From NCBI GenBank assembly GCA_964057225.1, contig OZ059900.1, positions 2,666,001-2,730,000 of the forward strand: DNA of 64,000 bases. The letters run 5' to 3'. Below are positions 12,401-26,600 of the stretch, one piece after another (the first letter of the stretch is position 1; each line of letters starts with the position of its first letter). Under the pieces are notes generated by a model. That model was not told the origin of the DNA, did no database searches, and worked only from the letters and a program-made list of their open reading frames with translations. This DNA comes from Auanema rhodensis. Taxonomy: Eukaryota > Animalia > Nematoda. A program made the translations under genes and the position numbers.

Positions 12401-13172
12401 TGATATTTATTCATTTTGATCAAAAAAGGTCGAAAATAGAAAGAATTTTTGAAATTTCCGAGTTTTGAGTCTAATTTGGCTAAATCGCTCATATATATGA
12501 TCAGAAGCATAGGTGTATTGTCTATGACAACAAAAGTCATTATATGAACACTAATGATGTTTAAATCACTAAATTTCGCTCTAATAGCATTACTACACTA
12601 AGTATGGTCGTTTTTATGCCTTTAACACCATATACTCACCGATTTTTGGTACAAAATCTGTAATACTCGTAAATTTTGATCATATTCGTTAAGATTTGAG
12701 AATCAAACACACAATACACAATATCAGTCTATGTCTATGAGCTTGCACTGATATATATTCATTTTGAACAAAAAAGGTCGAAAATAGAAAGAATTTTTGA
12801 AATTTCCGAGTTTTGAGTCCAATTTGGCTAAATCGCTCATATATATGATCAAAAGCATAGTTTTATTGTCTATGACAACAAAAGTCATTAATTAAACACT
12901 AATGATGTTAAAATCACTGAATTTCACTCAAATAGCATTACTACACTAAGTATGGTCGTTTTTATGCCTTTAACACCATATACTCACCGATTTTTGGTAC
13001 AAAATCTGTAATACTTGTAAATTTTGATCATATTCGTTAAGATTTGAGAATCAAACACATAATACACGAAATAAGTCTTTTTTTACAAGTTTGCACTGAT
13101 ATTTATTCATTTTGATCAAAAAAGGTCGAAAATAGAAAGAATTTTTGAAATTTCCGAGTTTTGAGTCCAATT
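4806..13172. repeat. 12-monomer HOR (4173 bp), two near-identical tandem copies
   Basis: Variant-specific ORFs at 5053/5748/6444/7139/7486/8182 recur at 9226/9921/10617/11312/11659/12355, all +4173. The copies share private marks (GAGAGTCAAAC, AATGAGTTT, TTGAACAAAA). Confidence 0.92.
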
Positions 13173-13799
13173 TGGCTAAATCGCTCATATATATGATCAG
13201 AAGCATAGTTCTATTGTCTATAACAACAAAAGTCTTTAATTAAACGCTAGTGATGTTTAAATACTGATTTTCGCTCAAATAGCATTACTACACTAAGTAT
13301 GGTCGTTTTTATGCCTTTAACACCATATACTCACCGATTTTTGGTACAAAATCTGTAATACTTGTAAATTTTGATCATATTCGTTAAGATTCGAGAATCA
13401 AACACATAATACACGAAATAAGTCTAGTTTTATGAGTTTGCACTGATATTTATTCATTTTGATCAAAAAAGGTCGAAAATAGAAAGAATTTTTGAATTTT
13501 CCGAGTTTTGAGTCCAATTGGGCTAAATCGCTCATATATATGATCAAAAGCATAGTTTTACTGTCTATGATAACAAAAATCTTCAAATATACACTAATAA
13601 TGATTAAATCACTGAATTTCAGTCAAATAGCATTACTACACTAAGTATGGTCGTTTTTATGCCTTTAACACCATATACTCACCGATTTTTGGTACAAAAT
13701 CTGTAATACTCGTAAATTTTGATCATATTCGTTAAGATTTGAGAATCAAACATACACTACACAAAATCAGTCTATTTTTATGAGCTTGCACTGATATAT

Positions 13800-16700
13800 A
13801 TTCATTTTGATCAAAAAAGGTCGAAAATAGAAAGAATTTTTGAAATTTCCGAGTTTTGAGTCTAATTTGGCTAAATCGCTCATATATATGATCAGAAGCA
13901 TAGGTGTATTGTCTATGACAACAAAAGTCATTAATTAAACACTAATGATGTTTAAATCACTAAATTTCGCTCTAATAGCATTACTACACTAAGTATGGTC
14001 GTTTTTATGCCTTTAACACCATATACTCACCGATTTTTGGTACAAAATCTGTAATACTCGTAAATTTTGATCATATTCGTTAAGATTTGAGAATCAAACA
14101 CACAATACACAAAATCAGTCTATTTTTATGAGCTTGCACTGATATATATTCATTTTGATCAAAAAAGGTCGAAAATAGAAAGAATTTTTGAAATTTCCGA
14201 GTTTTGAGTCTAATTTGGCTAAATCGCTCATATATATGATCAGAAGCATAGGTGTATTGTCTATGACAACAAAAGTCATCAATTAAACGCTAGTGATGTT
14301 TTAATACTGAATTTCGCTCAAATAGCATTACTACACTAAGTATGGTCGTTTTTATGCCTTTAACACCATATACTCACCGATTTTTGGTACAAAATCTGTA
14401 ATACTCGTAAATTTTGATCATATTCGTTAAGATTTGAGAATCAAACATACAATACACAAAATCAGTCTATTTTTATGAGCTTGCACTGATATATATTCAT
14501 TTTGATCAAAAAAGGTCGAAAATAGAAAGAATTTTTGGAATTTCCGAGTTTTGAGTCTAATTTGGCTAAATCGCTCATATATATGATCAAAAGCATAGTT
14601 TTACTGTCTATGATAACAAAAGTCTTCAATTATACACTAATAATGATTAAATCACTGAATTTCAGTCAAATAGCATTACTACACTAAGTATGGTCGTTTT
14701 TATGCCTTTAACACCATATACTCACCGATTTTTGGTACAAAATCTGTAATACTCGTAAATTTTGATCATATTCGTTAAGATTTGAGAATCAAACACACAA
14801 TACACAAAATCAGTCTATTTTTATGAGCTTGCACTGATATATATTCATTTTGATCAAAAAAGGTCGAAAATAGAAAGAATTTTTGAAATTTCCGAGTTTT
14901 GAGTCTAATTTGGCTAAATCGCTCATATATATGATCAGAAGCATAGGTGTATTGTCTATGACAACAAAAGTCATTAATTAAACACTAATGATGTTTAAAT
15001 CACTAAATTTCGCTCTAATAGCATTACTACACTAAGTATGGTCGTTTTTATGCCTTTAACACCATATACTCACCGATTTTTGGTACAAAATCTGTAATAC
15101 TCGTAAATTTTGATCATATTCGTTAAGATTTGAGAATCAAACATACAATACACAAAATCAGTCTATTTTTATGAGCTTGCACTGATATATATTCATTTTG
15201 ATCAAAAAAGGTCGAAAATAGAAAGAATTTTTGAAATTTCCGAGTTTTGAGTCTAATTTGGCTAAATCGCTCATATATATGATCAGAAGCATAGGTGTAT
15301 TGTCTATGACAACAAAAGTCATCAATTAAACGCTAGTGATGTTTTAATACTGAATTTCGCTCAAATAGCATTACTACACTAAGTATGGTCGTTTTTATGC
15401 CTTTAACACCATATACTCACCGATTTTTGGTACAAAATCTGTAATACTCGTAAATTTTGATCATATTCGTTAAGATTTGAGAATCAAACATACAATACAC
15501 AAAATCAGTCTATTTTTATGAGCTTGCACTGATATATATTCATTTTGATCAAAAAAGGTCGAAAATAGAAAGAATTTTTGGAATTTCCGAGTTTTGAGTC
15601 TAATTTGGCTAAATCGCTCATATATATGATCAAAAGCATAGTTTTACTGTCTATGATAACAAAAGTCTTCAATTATACACTAATAATGATTAAATCACTG
15701 AATTTCAGTCAAATAGCATTACTACACTAAGTATGGTCGTTTTTATGCCTTTAACACCATATACTCACCGATTTTTGGTACAAAATCTGTAATACTTGTA
15801 AATTTTGATCATATTTGTTAAGATTCGAGAATCAAACACATAATACACGAAATAAGTCTATTTTTACAAGTTTGCACTGATATTTATTCATTTTGATCAA
15901 AAAAGGTCGAAAATAGAAAGAATTTTTGAAATTTCCGAGTTTTGAGTCCAATTTGGCTAAATCGCTCATATATAAGATCAAAAGCATAGTTTTATTGTCT
16001 ATAACAACAAAAGTCATCAATTAAACGCTAGTGATGTTTAAATACTGAATTTCGCTCAAATAGCATTACTACACTAAGTATGGTCGTTTTTATGCCTTTA
16101 ACACCATATACTCACCGATTTTTGGTACAAAATCTGTAATACTCGTAAATTTTGATCATATTCGTTAAGATTTGAGAATCAAACATACAATACACAAAAT
16201 CAGTCTATTTTTATGAGCTTGCACTGATATATATTCATTTTGATCAAAAAAGGTCGAAAATAGAAAGAATTTTTGAAATTTCCGAGTTTTGAGTCTAATT
16301 TGGCTAAATCGCTCATATATATGATCAGAAGCATAGTTTTATTGTCTATGACAACAAAAGTCATCAATTAAACGCTAGTGATGTTTAAATACTGATTTTC
16401 GCTCAAATAGCATTACTACACTAAGTATGATCGTTTTTATGCCTTTAACACCATATACTCACCGATTTTTGGTACAAAATCTGTAATACTCGTAAATTTT
16501 GATCATATTCGTTAAGATTTGAAAATCAAACACATAATACACGAAATAAGTCTATTTTTATGAGTTTGCACTGATATTTATTCATTTTGATCAAAAAAGG
16601 TCGAAAATAGAAAGAATTTTTGAAATTTCCGAGTTTTGAGTCTAATTTGGCTAAATCGCTCATATATATGATCAGAAGCATAGTTTTATTGTCTATGACA

Positions 16701-19700
16701 ACAAAAATCATCAATTAAACGCTAGTGATGTTTAAATACTGATTTTCGCTCAAATAGCATTACTACACTAAGTATGGTCGTTTTTATGCCTTTAACACCA
16801 TATACTCACCGATTTTTGGTACAAAATCTGTAATACTTGTAAATTTTGATCATATTTGTTAAGATTCGAGAATCAAACACATAATACACGAAATAAGTCT
16901 ATTTTTACAAGTTTGCACTGATATTTATTCATTTTGATCAAAAAAGGTCGAAAATAGAAAGAATTTTTGAAATTTCCGAGTTTTGAGTCTAATTTGGCTA
17001 AATCGCTCATATATATGATCAGAAGCATAGTTTTATTGTCTATGATAACAAAAATCTTCAAATATACACTAATAATGATTAAATCACTGAATTTCAGTCA
17101 AATAGCATTACTACACTAAGTATGGTCGTTTTTATGCCTTTAACACCATATACTCACCGATTTTTGGTACAAAATCTGTGATACTCGTAAATTTTGATCA
17201 TATTTGGTGAGATTCGAGGATCGAACACACAATACACGAAATAAGTTTTTTTTTACGAGTTTGCACTGATATTTATTCATTTTGATCAAAAAAGGTCGAA
17301 AATAGAAAGAATTTTTGAAATTTCCGAGTTTTGAGTCTAATTTGGCTAAATCGCTCATATATATGATCAGAAGCATAGGTGTATTGTCTATGACAACAAA
17401 AGTCATTAATTAAACACTAATGATGTTTAAATCACTAAATTTCGCTCTAATAGCATTACTACACTAAGTATGGTCGTTTTTATGCCTTTAACACCATATA
17501 CTCACCGATTTTTGGTACAAAATCTGTAATACTCGTAAATTTTGATCATATTCGTTAAGATTTGAGAATCAAACACACAATACACAAAATCAGTCTATTT
17601 TTATGAGCTTGCACTGATATATATTCATTTTGATCAAAAAAGGTCGAAAATAGAAAGAATTTTTGAAATTTCCGAGTTTTGAGTCTAATTTGGCTAAATC
17701 GCTCATATATATGATCAGAAGCATAGGTGTATTGTCTATGACAACAAAAGTCATCAATTAAACGCTAGTGATGTTTTAATACTGAATTTCGCTCAAATAG
17801 CATTACTACACTAAGTATGGTCGTTTTTATGCCTTTAACACCATATACTCACCGATTTTTGGTACAAAATCTGTAATACTCGTAAATTTTGATCATATTC
17901 GTTAAGATTTGAGAATCAAACATACAATACACAAAATCAGTCTATTTTTATGAGCTTGCACTGATATATATTCATTTTGATCAAAAAAGGTCGAAAATAG
18001 AAAGAATTTTTGGAATTTCCGAGTTTTGAGTCTAATTTGGCTAAATCGCTCATATATATGATCAAAAGCATAGTTTTACTGTCTATGATAACAAAAGTCT
18101 TCAATTATACACTAATAATGATTAAATCACTGAATTTCAGTCAAATAGCATTACTACACTAAGTATGGTCGTTTTTATGCCTTTAACACCATATACTCAC
18201 CGATTTTTGGTACAAAATCTGTAATACTCGTAAATTTTGATCATATTCGTTAAGATTTGAGAATCAAACACACAATACACAAAATCAGTCTATTTTTATG
18301 AGCTTGCACTGATATATATTCATTTTGATCAAAAAAGGTCGAAAATAGAAAGAATTTTTGAAATTTCCGAGTTTTGAGTCTAATTTGGCTAAATCGCTCA
18401 TATATATGATCAGAAGCATAGGTGTATTGTCTATGACAACAAAAGTCATTAATTAAACACTAATGATGTTTAAATCACTAAATTTCGCTCTAATAGCATT
18501 ACTACACTAAGTATGGTCGTTTTTATGCCTTTAACACCATATACTCACCGATTTTTGGTACAAAATCTGTAATACTCGTAAATTTTGATCATATTCGTTA
18601 AGATTTGAGAATCAAACATACAATACACAAAATCAGTCTATTTTTATGAGCTTGCACTGATATATATTCATTTTGATCAAAAAAGGTCGAAAATAGAAAG
18701 AATTTTTGAAATTTCCGAGTTTTGAGTCTAATTTGGCTAAATCGCTCATATATATGATCAGAAGCATAGGTGTATTGTCTATGACAACAAAAGTCATCAA
18801 TTAAACGCTAGTGATGTTTTAATACTGAATTTCGCTCAAATAGCATTACTACACTAAGTATGGTCGTTTTTATGCCTTTAACACCATATACTCACCGATT
18901 TTTGGTACAAAATCTGTAATACTCGTAAATTTTGATCATATTCGTTAAGATTTGAGAATCAAACATACAATACACAAAATCAGTCTATTTTTATGAGCTT
19001 GCACTGATATATATTCATTTTGATCAAAAAAGGTCGAAAATAGAAAGAATTTTTGGAATTTCCGAGTTTTGAGTCTAATTTGGCTAAATCGCTCATATAT
19101 ATGATCAAAAGCATAGTTTTACTGTCTATGATAACAAAAGTCTTCAATTATACACTAATAATGATTAAATCACTGAATTTCAGTCAAATAGCATTACTAC
19201 ACTAAGTATGGTCGTTTTTATGCCTTTAACACCATATACTCACCGATTTTTGGTACAAAATCTGTAATACTTGTAAATTTTGATCATATTTGTTAAGATT
19301 CGAGAATCAAACACATAATACACGAAATAAGTCTATTTTTACAAGTTTGCACTGATATTTATTCATTTTGATCAAAAAAGGTCGAAAATAGAAAGAATTT
19401 TTGAAATTTCCGAGTTTTGAGTCCAATTTGGCTAAATCGCTCATATATAAGATCAAAAGCATAGTTTTATTGTCTATAACAACAGAAGTCATCAATTAAA
19501 CGCTAGTGATGTTTAAATACTGAATTTCGCTCAAATAGCATTACTACACTAAGTATGGTCGTTTTTATGCCTTTAACACCATATACTCACCGATTTTTGG
19601 TACAAAATCTGTAATACTCGTAAATTTTGATCATATTCGTTAAGATTTGAGAATCAAACATACAATACACAAAATCAGTCTATTTTTATGAGCTTGCACT

Positions 19701-20312
19701 GATATATATTCATTTTGATCAAAAAAGGTCGAAAATAGAAAGAATTTTTGAAATTTCCGAGTTTTGAGTCTAATTTGGCTAAATCGCTCATATATATGAT
19801 CAGAAGCATAGTTTTATTGTCTATGACAACAAAAGTCATCAATTAAACGCTAGTGATGTTTAAATACTGATTTTCGCTCAAATAGCATTACTACACTAAG
19901 TATGGTCGTTTTTATGCCTTTAACACCATATACTCACCGATTTTTGGTACAAAATCTGTAATACTCGTAAATTTTGATCATATTCGTTAAGATTTGAAAA
20001 TCAAACACATAATACACGAAATAAGTCTATTTTTATGAGTTTGCACTGATATTTATTCATTTTGATCAAAAAAGGTCGAAAATAGAAAGAATTTTTGAAA
20101 TTTCCGAGTTTTGAGTCTAATTTGGCTAAATCGCTCATATATATGATCAGAAGCATAGTTTTATTGTCTATGACAACAAAAATCATCAATTAAACGCTAG
20201 TGATGTTTAAATACTGATTTTCGCTCAAATAGCATTACTACACTAAGTATGGTCGTTTTTATGCCTTTAACACCATATACTCACCGATTTTTGGTACAAA
20301 ATCTGTAATACT
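13800..20312. repeat. 10-monomer HOR (3475 bp, about 1.9 copies), each copy containing a duplicated 3-mer (1043 bp)
   Basis: 15832->19307 and 16526->20001 are both +3475. The TTTTTGGAATTT marker recurs at about 14537, 15580, 18012 and 19055. Confidence 0.88.
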
Positions 20313-20694
20313 CGTAAATTTTGATCATATTCGTCAAGATTTGAAAATCAAACATACAATACACGAAATCAGTCTATTTTTATGAGCTTGCACTGATATA
20401 TATTCATTTTGATCAAAAAAGGTCGAAAATAGAAAGAATTTTTGAAATTTCCGAATTTTGAGTCCAATTTGGCTAAATCGCTCATATATAAGATCAAAAG
20501 CATAGTTTTATTGTCTATAACAACAAAAGTCATCAATTAAACGCTAGTGATGTTTAAATACTGAATTTCGCTCAAATAGCATTACTACACTAAGTATGGT
20601 CGTTTTTATGCCTTTAACACCATATACTCACCGATTTTTGGTACAAAATCTGTAATACTCGTAAATTTTGATCATATTCGTTAAGATTTGAGAA

Positions 20695-23600
20695 TCAAAC
20701 ATACAATACACAAAATCAGTCTATTTTTATGAGCTTGCACTGATATATATTCATTTTGATCAAAAAAGGTCGAAAATAGAAAGAATTTTTGAAATTTCCG
20801 AGTTTTGAGTCTAATTTGGCTAAATCGCTCATATATATGATCAAAAGCATAGTTTTACTGTCTATGATAACAAAAGTCTTCAAATATACACTAATAATGA
20901 TTAAATCACTGAAATTCAGTCAAATAGCATTACTACACTAAGTATGGTCGTTTTTATGCCTTTAACACCATATACTCACCGATTTTTGGTACAAAATCTG
21001 TAATACTTGTAAATTTTGATCATATTTGTTAAGATTCGAGAATCAAACACATAATACACGAAATAAGTCTATTTTTACAAGTTTGCACTGATATTTATTC
21101 ATTTTGATCAAAAAAGGTCGAAAATAGAAAGAATTTTTGAAATTTCCGAGTTTTGAGTCCAATTTGGCTAAATCGCTCATATATAAGATCAAAAGCATAG
21201 TTTTATTGTCTATAACAACAAAAGTCATCAATTAAACGCTAGTGATGTTTAAATACTGAATTTCGCTCAAATAGCATTACTACACTAAGTATGGTCGTTT
21301 TTATGCCTTTAACACCATATACTCACCGATTTTTGGTACAAAATCTGTAATACTTGTAAATTTTGATCATATTCGTTAAGATTTGAGAATCAAACACATA
21401 ATACACGAAATAAGTCTTTTTTTACAAGTTTGCACTGATATTTATTCATTTTGATCAAAAAAGGTCGAAAATAGAAAGAATTTTTGAAATTTCCGAGTTT
21501 TGAGTCCAATTTGGCTAAATCGCTCATATATATGATCAGAAGCATAGTTCTATTGTCTATAACAACAAAAGTCTTTAATTAAACGCTAGTGATGTTTAAA
21601 TACTGATTTTCGCTCAAATAGCATTACTACACTAAGTATGGTCGTTTTTATGCCTTTAACACCATATACTCACCGATTTTTGGTACAAAATCTGTAATAC
21701 TTGTAAATTTTGATCATATTCGTTAAGATTCGAGAATCAAACACATAATACACGAAATAAGTCTAGTTTTATGAGTTTGCACTGATATTTATTCATTTTG
21801 ATCAAAAAAGGTCGAAAATAGAAAGAATTTTTGAATTTTCCGAGTTTTGAGTCCAATTGGGCTAAATCGCTCATATATATGATCAAAAGCATAGTTTTAC
21901 TGTCTATGATAACAAAAGTCTTCAAATATACACTAATAATGATTAAATCACTGAATTTCAGTCAAATAGCATTACTACACTAAGTATGGTCGTTTTTATG
22001 CCTTTAACACCATATACTCACCGATTTTTGGTACAAAATCTGTAATACTCGTAAATTTTGATCATATTCGTTATGATTTGAGAATCAAACACACAATACA
22101 CAATATCAGTCTATTTTTATGAGCTTGCACTGATATATATTCATTTTGATCAAAAAAGGTCGAAAATAGAAAGAATTTTTGAAATTTCCGAGTTTTGAGT
22201 CTAATTTGGCTAAATCGCTCATATATATGATCAGAAGCATAGTTTTATTGTCTATGACAACAAAAGTCATCAATTAAACGCTAGTGATGTTTAAATACTG
22301 ATTTTCGCTCAAATAGCATTACTACACTAAGTATGGTCGTTTTTATGCCTTTAACACCATATACTCACCGATTTTTGGTACAAAATCTGTAATACTCGTA
22401 AATTTTGATCATATTTGTTAAGATTTGAAAATCAAACACACAATAAACAAAATCAGTCTATTTTTATGAGTTTGCACTGATATATATTCATTTTGATCAA
22501 AAAAGGTCGAAAATAGAAAGAATTTTTGAATTTTCCGAGTTTTGAGTCCAATTGGGCTAAATCGCTCATATATATGATCAAAAGCATAGTTTTACTGTCT
22601 ATGATAACAAAAGTCTTCAAATATACACTAATAATGATTAAATCACTGAATTTCAGTCAAATAGCATTACTACACTAAGTATGGTCGTTTTTATGCCTTT
22701 AACACCATATACTCACCGATTTTTGGTACAAAATCTGTAATACTCGTAAATTTTGATCATATTCGTTAAGATTTGAGAATCAAACACACAATACACAATA
22801 TCAGTCTATTTTTACGAGTTTGCACTGATATTTATTCATTTTTTTCAAAAAAGGTCGAAAATAGAAAGAATTTTTGAAATTTCCGAGTTTTGAGTCTAAT
22901 TTGGCTAAATCGCTCATATATATGATCAAAAGCATAGTTTTACTGTCTATGATAACAAAAGTCTTCAAATATACACTAATAATGTGTAAATCACTGAATT
23001 TCACTCAAATAGCATTACTACACTAAGTATGGTCGTTTTTATGCCTTTAACACCATATACTCACCGATTTTTGGTACAAAATCTGTAATACTTGTAAATT
23101 TTGATCATATTCGTTAAGATTTGAGAATCAAACACATAATACACGAAATAAGTCTTTTTTTACAAGTTTGCACTGATATTTATTCATTTTGATCAAAAAA
23201 GGTCGAAAATAGAAAGAATTTTTGAAATTTCCGAGTTTTGAGTCCAATTTGGCTAAATCGCTCATATATATGATCAGAAGCATAGTTCTATTGTCTATAA
23301 CAACAAAAGTCTTTAATTAAACGCTAGTGATGTTTAAATACTGATTTTCGCTCAAATAGCATTACTACACTAAGTATGGTCGTTTTTATGCCTTTAACAC
23401 CATATACTCACCGATTTTTGGTACAAAATCTGTAATACTTGTAAATTTTGATCATATTCGTTAAGATTCGAGAATCAAACACATAATACACGAAATAAGT
23501 CTAGTTTTATGAGTTTGCACTGATATTTATTCATTTTGATCAAAAAAGGTCGAAAATAGAAAGAATTTTTGAATTTTCCGAGTTTTGAGTCCAAGTGGGC

Positions 23601-26600
23601 CAAATCGCTCATATATATGATCAAAAGCATAGTTTTACTGTCTATGATAACAAAAGTCTTCAAATATACACTAATAATGATTAAATCACTGAATTTCTGT
23701 CAAATAGCATTACTACACTAAGTATGGTCGTTTTTATGCCTTTAACACCATATACTCACCGATTTTTGGTACAAAATCTGTAATACTCGTAAATTTTGAT
23801 CATATTCGTTAAGATTCGAGAATCAAACATACAATACACAAAATCAGTCTATTTTTATGAGCTTGCACTGATATATATTCATTTTGATCAAAAAAGGTCG
23901 AAAATAGAAAGAATTTTTGAAATTTCCGAGTTTTGAGTCTAATTTGGCTAAATCGCTCATATATATGATCAGAAGCATAGGTGTATTGTCTATGACAACA
24001 AAAGTCATTAATTAAACACTAACGATGTTTAAATCACTAAATTTCGCTCTAATAGCATTACTACACTAAGTATGGTCGTTTTTATGCCTTTAACACCATA
24101 TACTCACCGATTTTTGGTACAAAATCTGTAATACTCGTAAATTTTGATCATATTCGTTAAGATTTGAGAATCAAACACACAATACACAAAATCAGTCTAT
24201 TTTTATGAGCTTGCACTGATATATATTCATTTTGATCAAAAAAGGTCGAAAATAGAAAGAATTTTTGAAATTTCCGAGTTTTGAGTTCAATTTGGCTAAA
24301 TCGCTCATATATATGATCAAAAGCATAGTTTTACTGTCTATGATAACAAAAGTCTTCAAATATACACTAATAATGATTAAATCACTGAATTTCAGTCAAA
24401 TAGCATTACTACACTAAGTATGGTCGTTTTTATGCCTTTAACACCATATACTCACCGATTTTTGGTACAAAATCTGTAATACTCGTAAATTTTGATCATA
24501 TTCGTTAAGATTTGAGAATCAAACACACAATACACAAAATCAGTCTATTTTTATGAGCTTGCACTGATATATATTCATTTTGATCAAAAAAGGTCGAAAA
24601 TAGAAAGAATTTTTGAAATTTCCGAGTTTTGAGTCTAATTTGGCTAAATCGCTCATATATACGATCAGAAGCATAGGTGTATTGTCTATGACAACAAAAG
24701 TCATCAATTAAACGCTAGTGATGTTTTAATACTGAATTTCGCTCAAATAGCATTACTACACTAAGTATGGTCCTTTTTATGCCTTTAACACCATATACTC
24801 ACCGATTTTTGGTACAAAATCTGTAATACTCGTAAATTTTGATCATATTCGTTAAGATTTGAGAATCAAACATACAATACACAAAATCAGTCTATTTTTA
24901 TGAGCTTGAACTGATATATATTCATTTTGATCAAAAAAGGTCGAAAATAGAAAGAATTTTTGGAATTTCCGAGTTTTGAGTCTAATTTGGCTAAATCGCT
25001 CATATATATGATCAAAAGCATAGTTTTACTGTCTATGATAACAAAAGTCTTCAATTATACACTAATAATGATTAAATCACTGAATTTCAGTCAAATAGCA
25101 TTACTACACTAAGTATGGTCGTTTTTATGCCTTTAACACCATATACTCACCGATTTTTGGTACAAAATCTGTAATACTCGTAAATTTTGATCATATTCGT
25201 TAAGATTTGAGAATCAAACATACAATACACAAAATCAGTCTATTTTTATGAGCTTGCACTGATATATATTCATTTTGATCAAAAAAGGTCGAAAATAGAA
25301 AGAATTTTTGAAATTTCCGAGTTTTGAGTCTAATTTGGCTAAATCGCTCATATATATGATCAAAAGCATAGTTTTACTGTCTATGATAACAAAAGTCTTC
25401 AAATATACACTAATAATGATTAAATCACTGAAATTCAGTCAAATAGCATTACTACACTAAGTATGGTCGTTTTTATGCCTTTAACACCATATACTCACCG
25501 ATTTTTGGTACAAAATCTGTAATACTTGTAAATTTTGATCATATTTGTTAAGATTCGAGAATCAAACACATAATACACGAAATAAGTCTATTTTTACAAG
25601 TTTGCACTGATATTTATTCATTTTGATCAAAAAAGGTCGAAAATAGAAAGAATTTTTGAAATTTCCGAGTTTTGAGTCCAATTTGGCTAAATCGCTCATA
25701 TATAAGATCAAAAGCATAGTTTTATTGTCTATAACAACAAAAGTCATCAATTAAACGCTAGTGATGTTTAAATACTGAATTTCGCTCAAATAGCATTACT
25801 ACACTAAGTATGGTCGTTTTTATGCCTTTAACACCATATACTCACCGATTTTTGGTACAAAATCTGTAATACTTGTAAATTTTGATCATATTCGTTAAGA
25901 TTTGAGAATCAAACACATAATACACGAAATAAGTCTTTTTTTACAAGTTTGCACTGATATTTATTCATTTTGATCAAAAAAGGTCGAAAATAGAAAGAAT
26001 TTTTGAAATTTCCGAGTTTTGAGTCCAATTTGGCTAAATCGCTCATATATATGATCAGAAGCATAGTTCTATTGTCTATAACAACAAAAGTCTTTAATTA
26101 AACGCTAGTGATGTTTAAATACTGATTTTCGCTCAAATAGCATTACTACACTAAGTATGGTCGTTTTTATGCCTTTAACACCATATACTCACCGATTTTT
26201 GGTACAAAATCTGTAATACTTGTAAATTTTGATCATATTCGTTAAGATTCGAGAATCAAACACATAATACACGAAATAAGTCTAGTTTTATGAGTTTGCA
26301 CTGATATTTATTCATTTTGATCAAAAAAGGTCGAAAATAGAAAGAATTTTTGAATTTTCCGAGTTTTGAGTCCAATTGGGCTAAATCGCTCATATATATG
26401 ATCAAAAGCATAGTTTTACTGTCTATGATAACAAAAGTCTTCAAATATACACTAATAATGATTAAATCACTGAATTTCAGTCAAATAGCATTACTACACT
26501 AAGTATGGTCGTTTTTATGCCTTTAACACCATATACTCACCGATTTTTGGTACAAAATCTGTAATACTCGTAAATTTTGATCATATTCGTTATGATTCGA

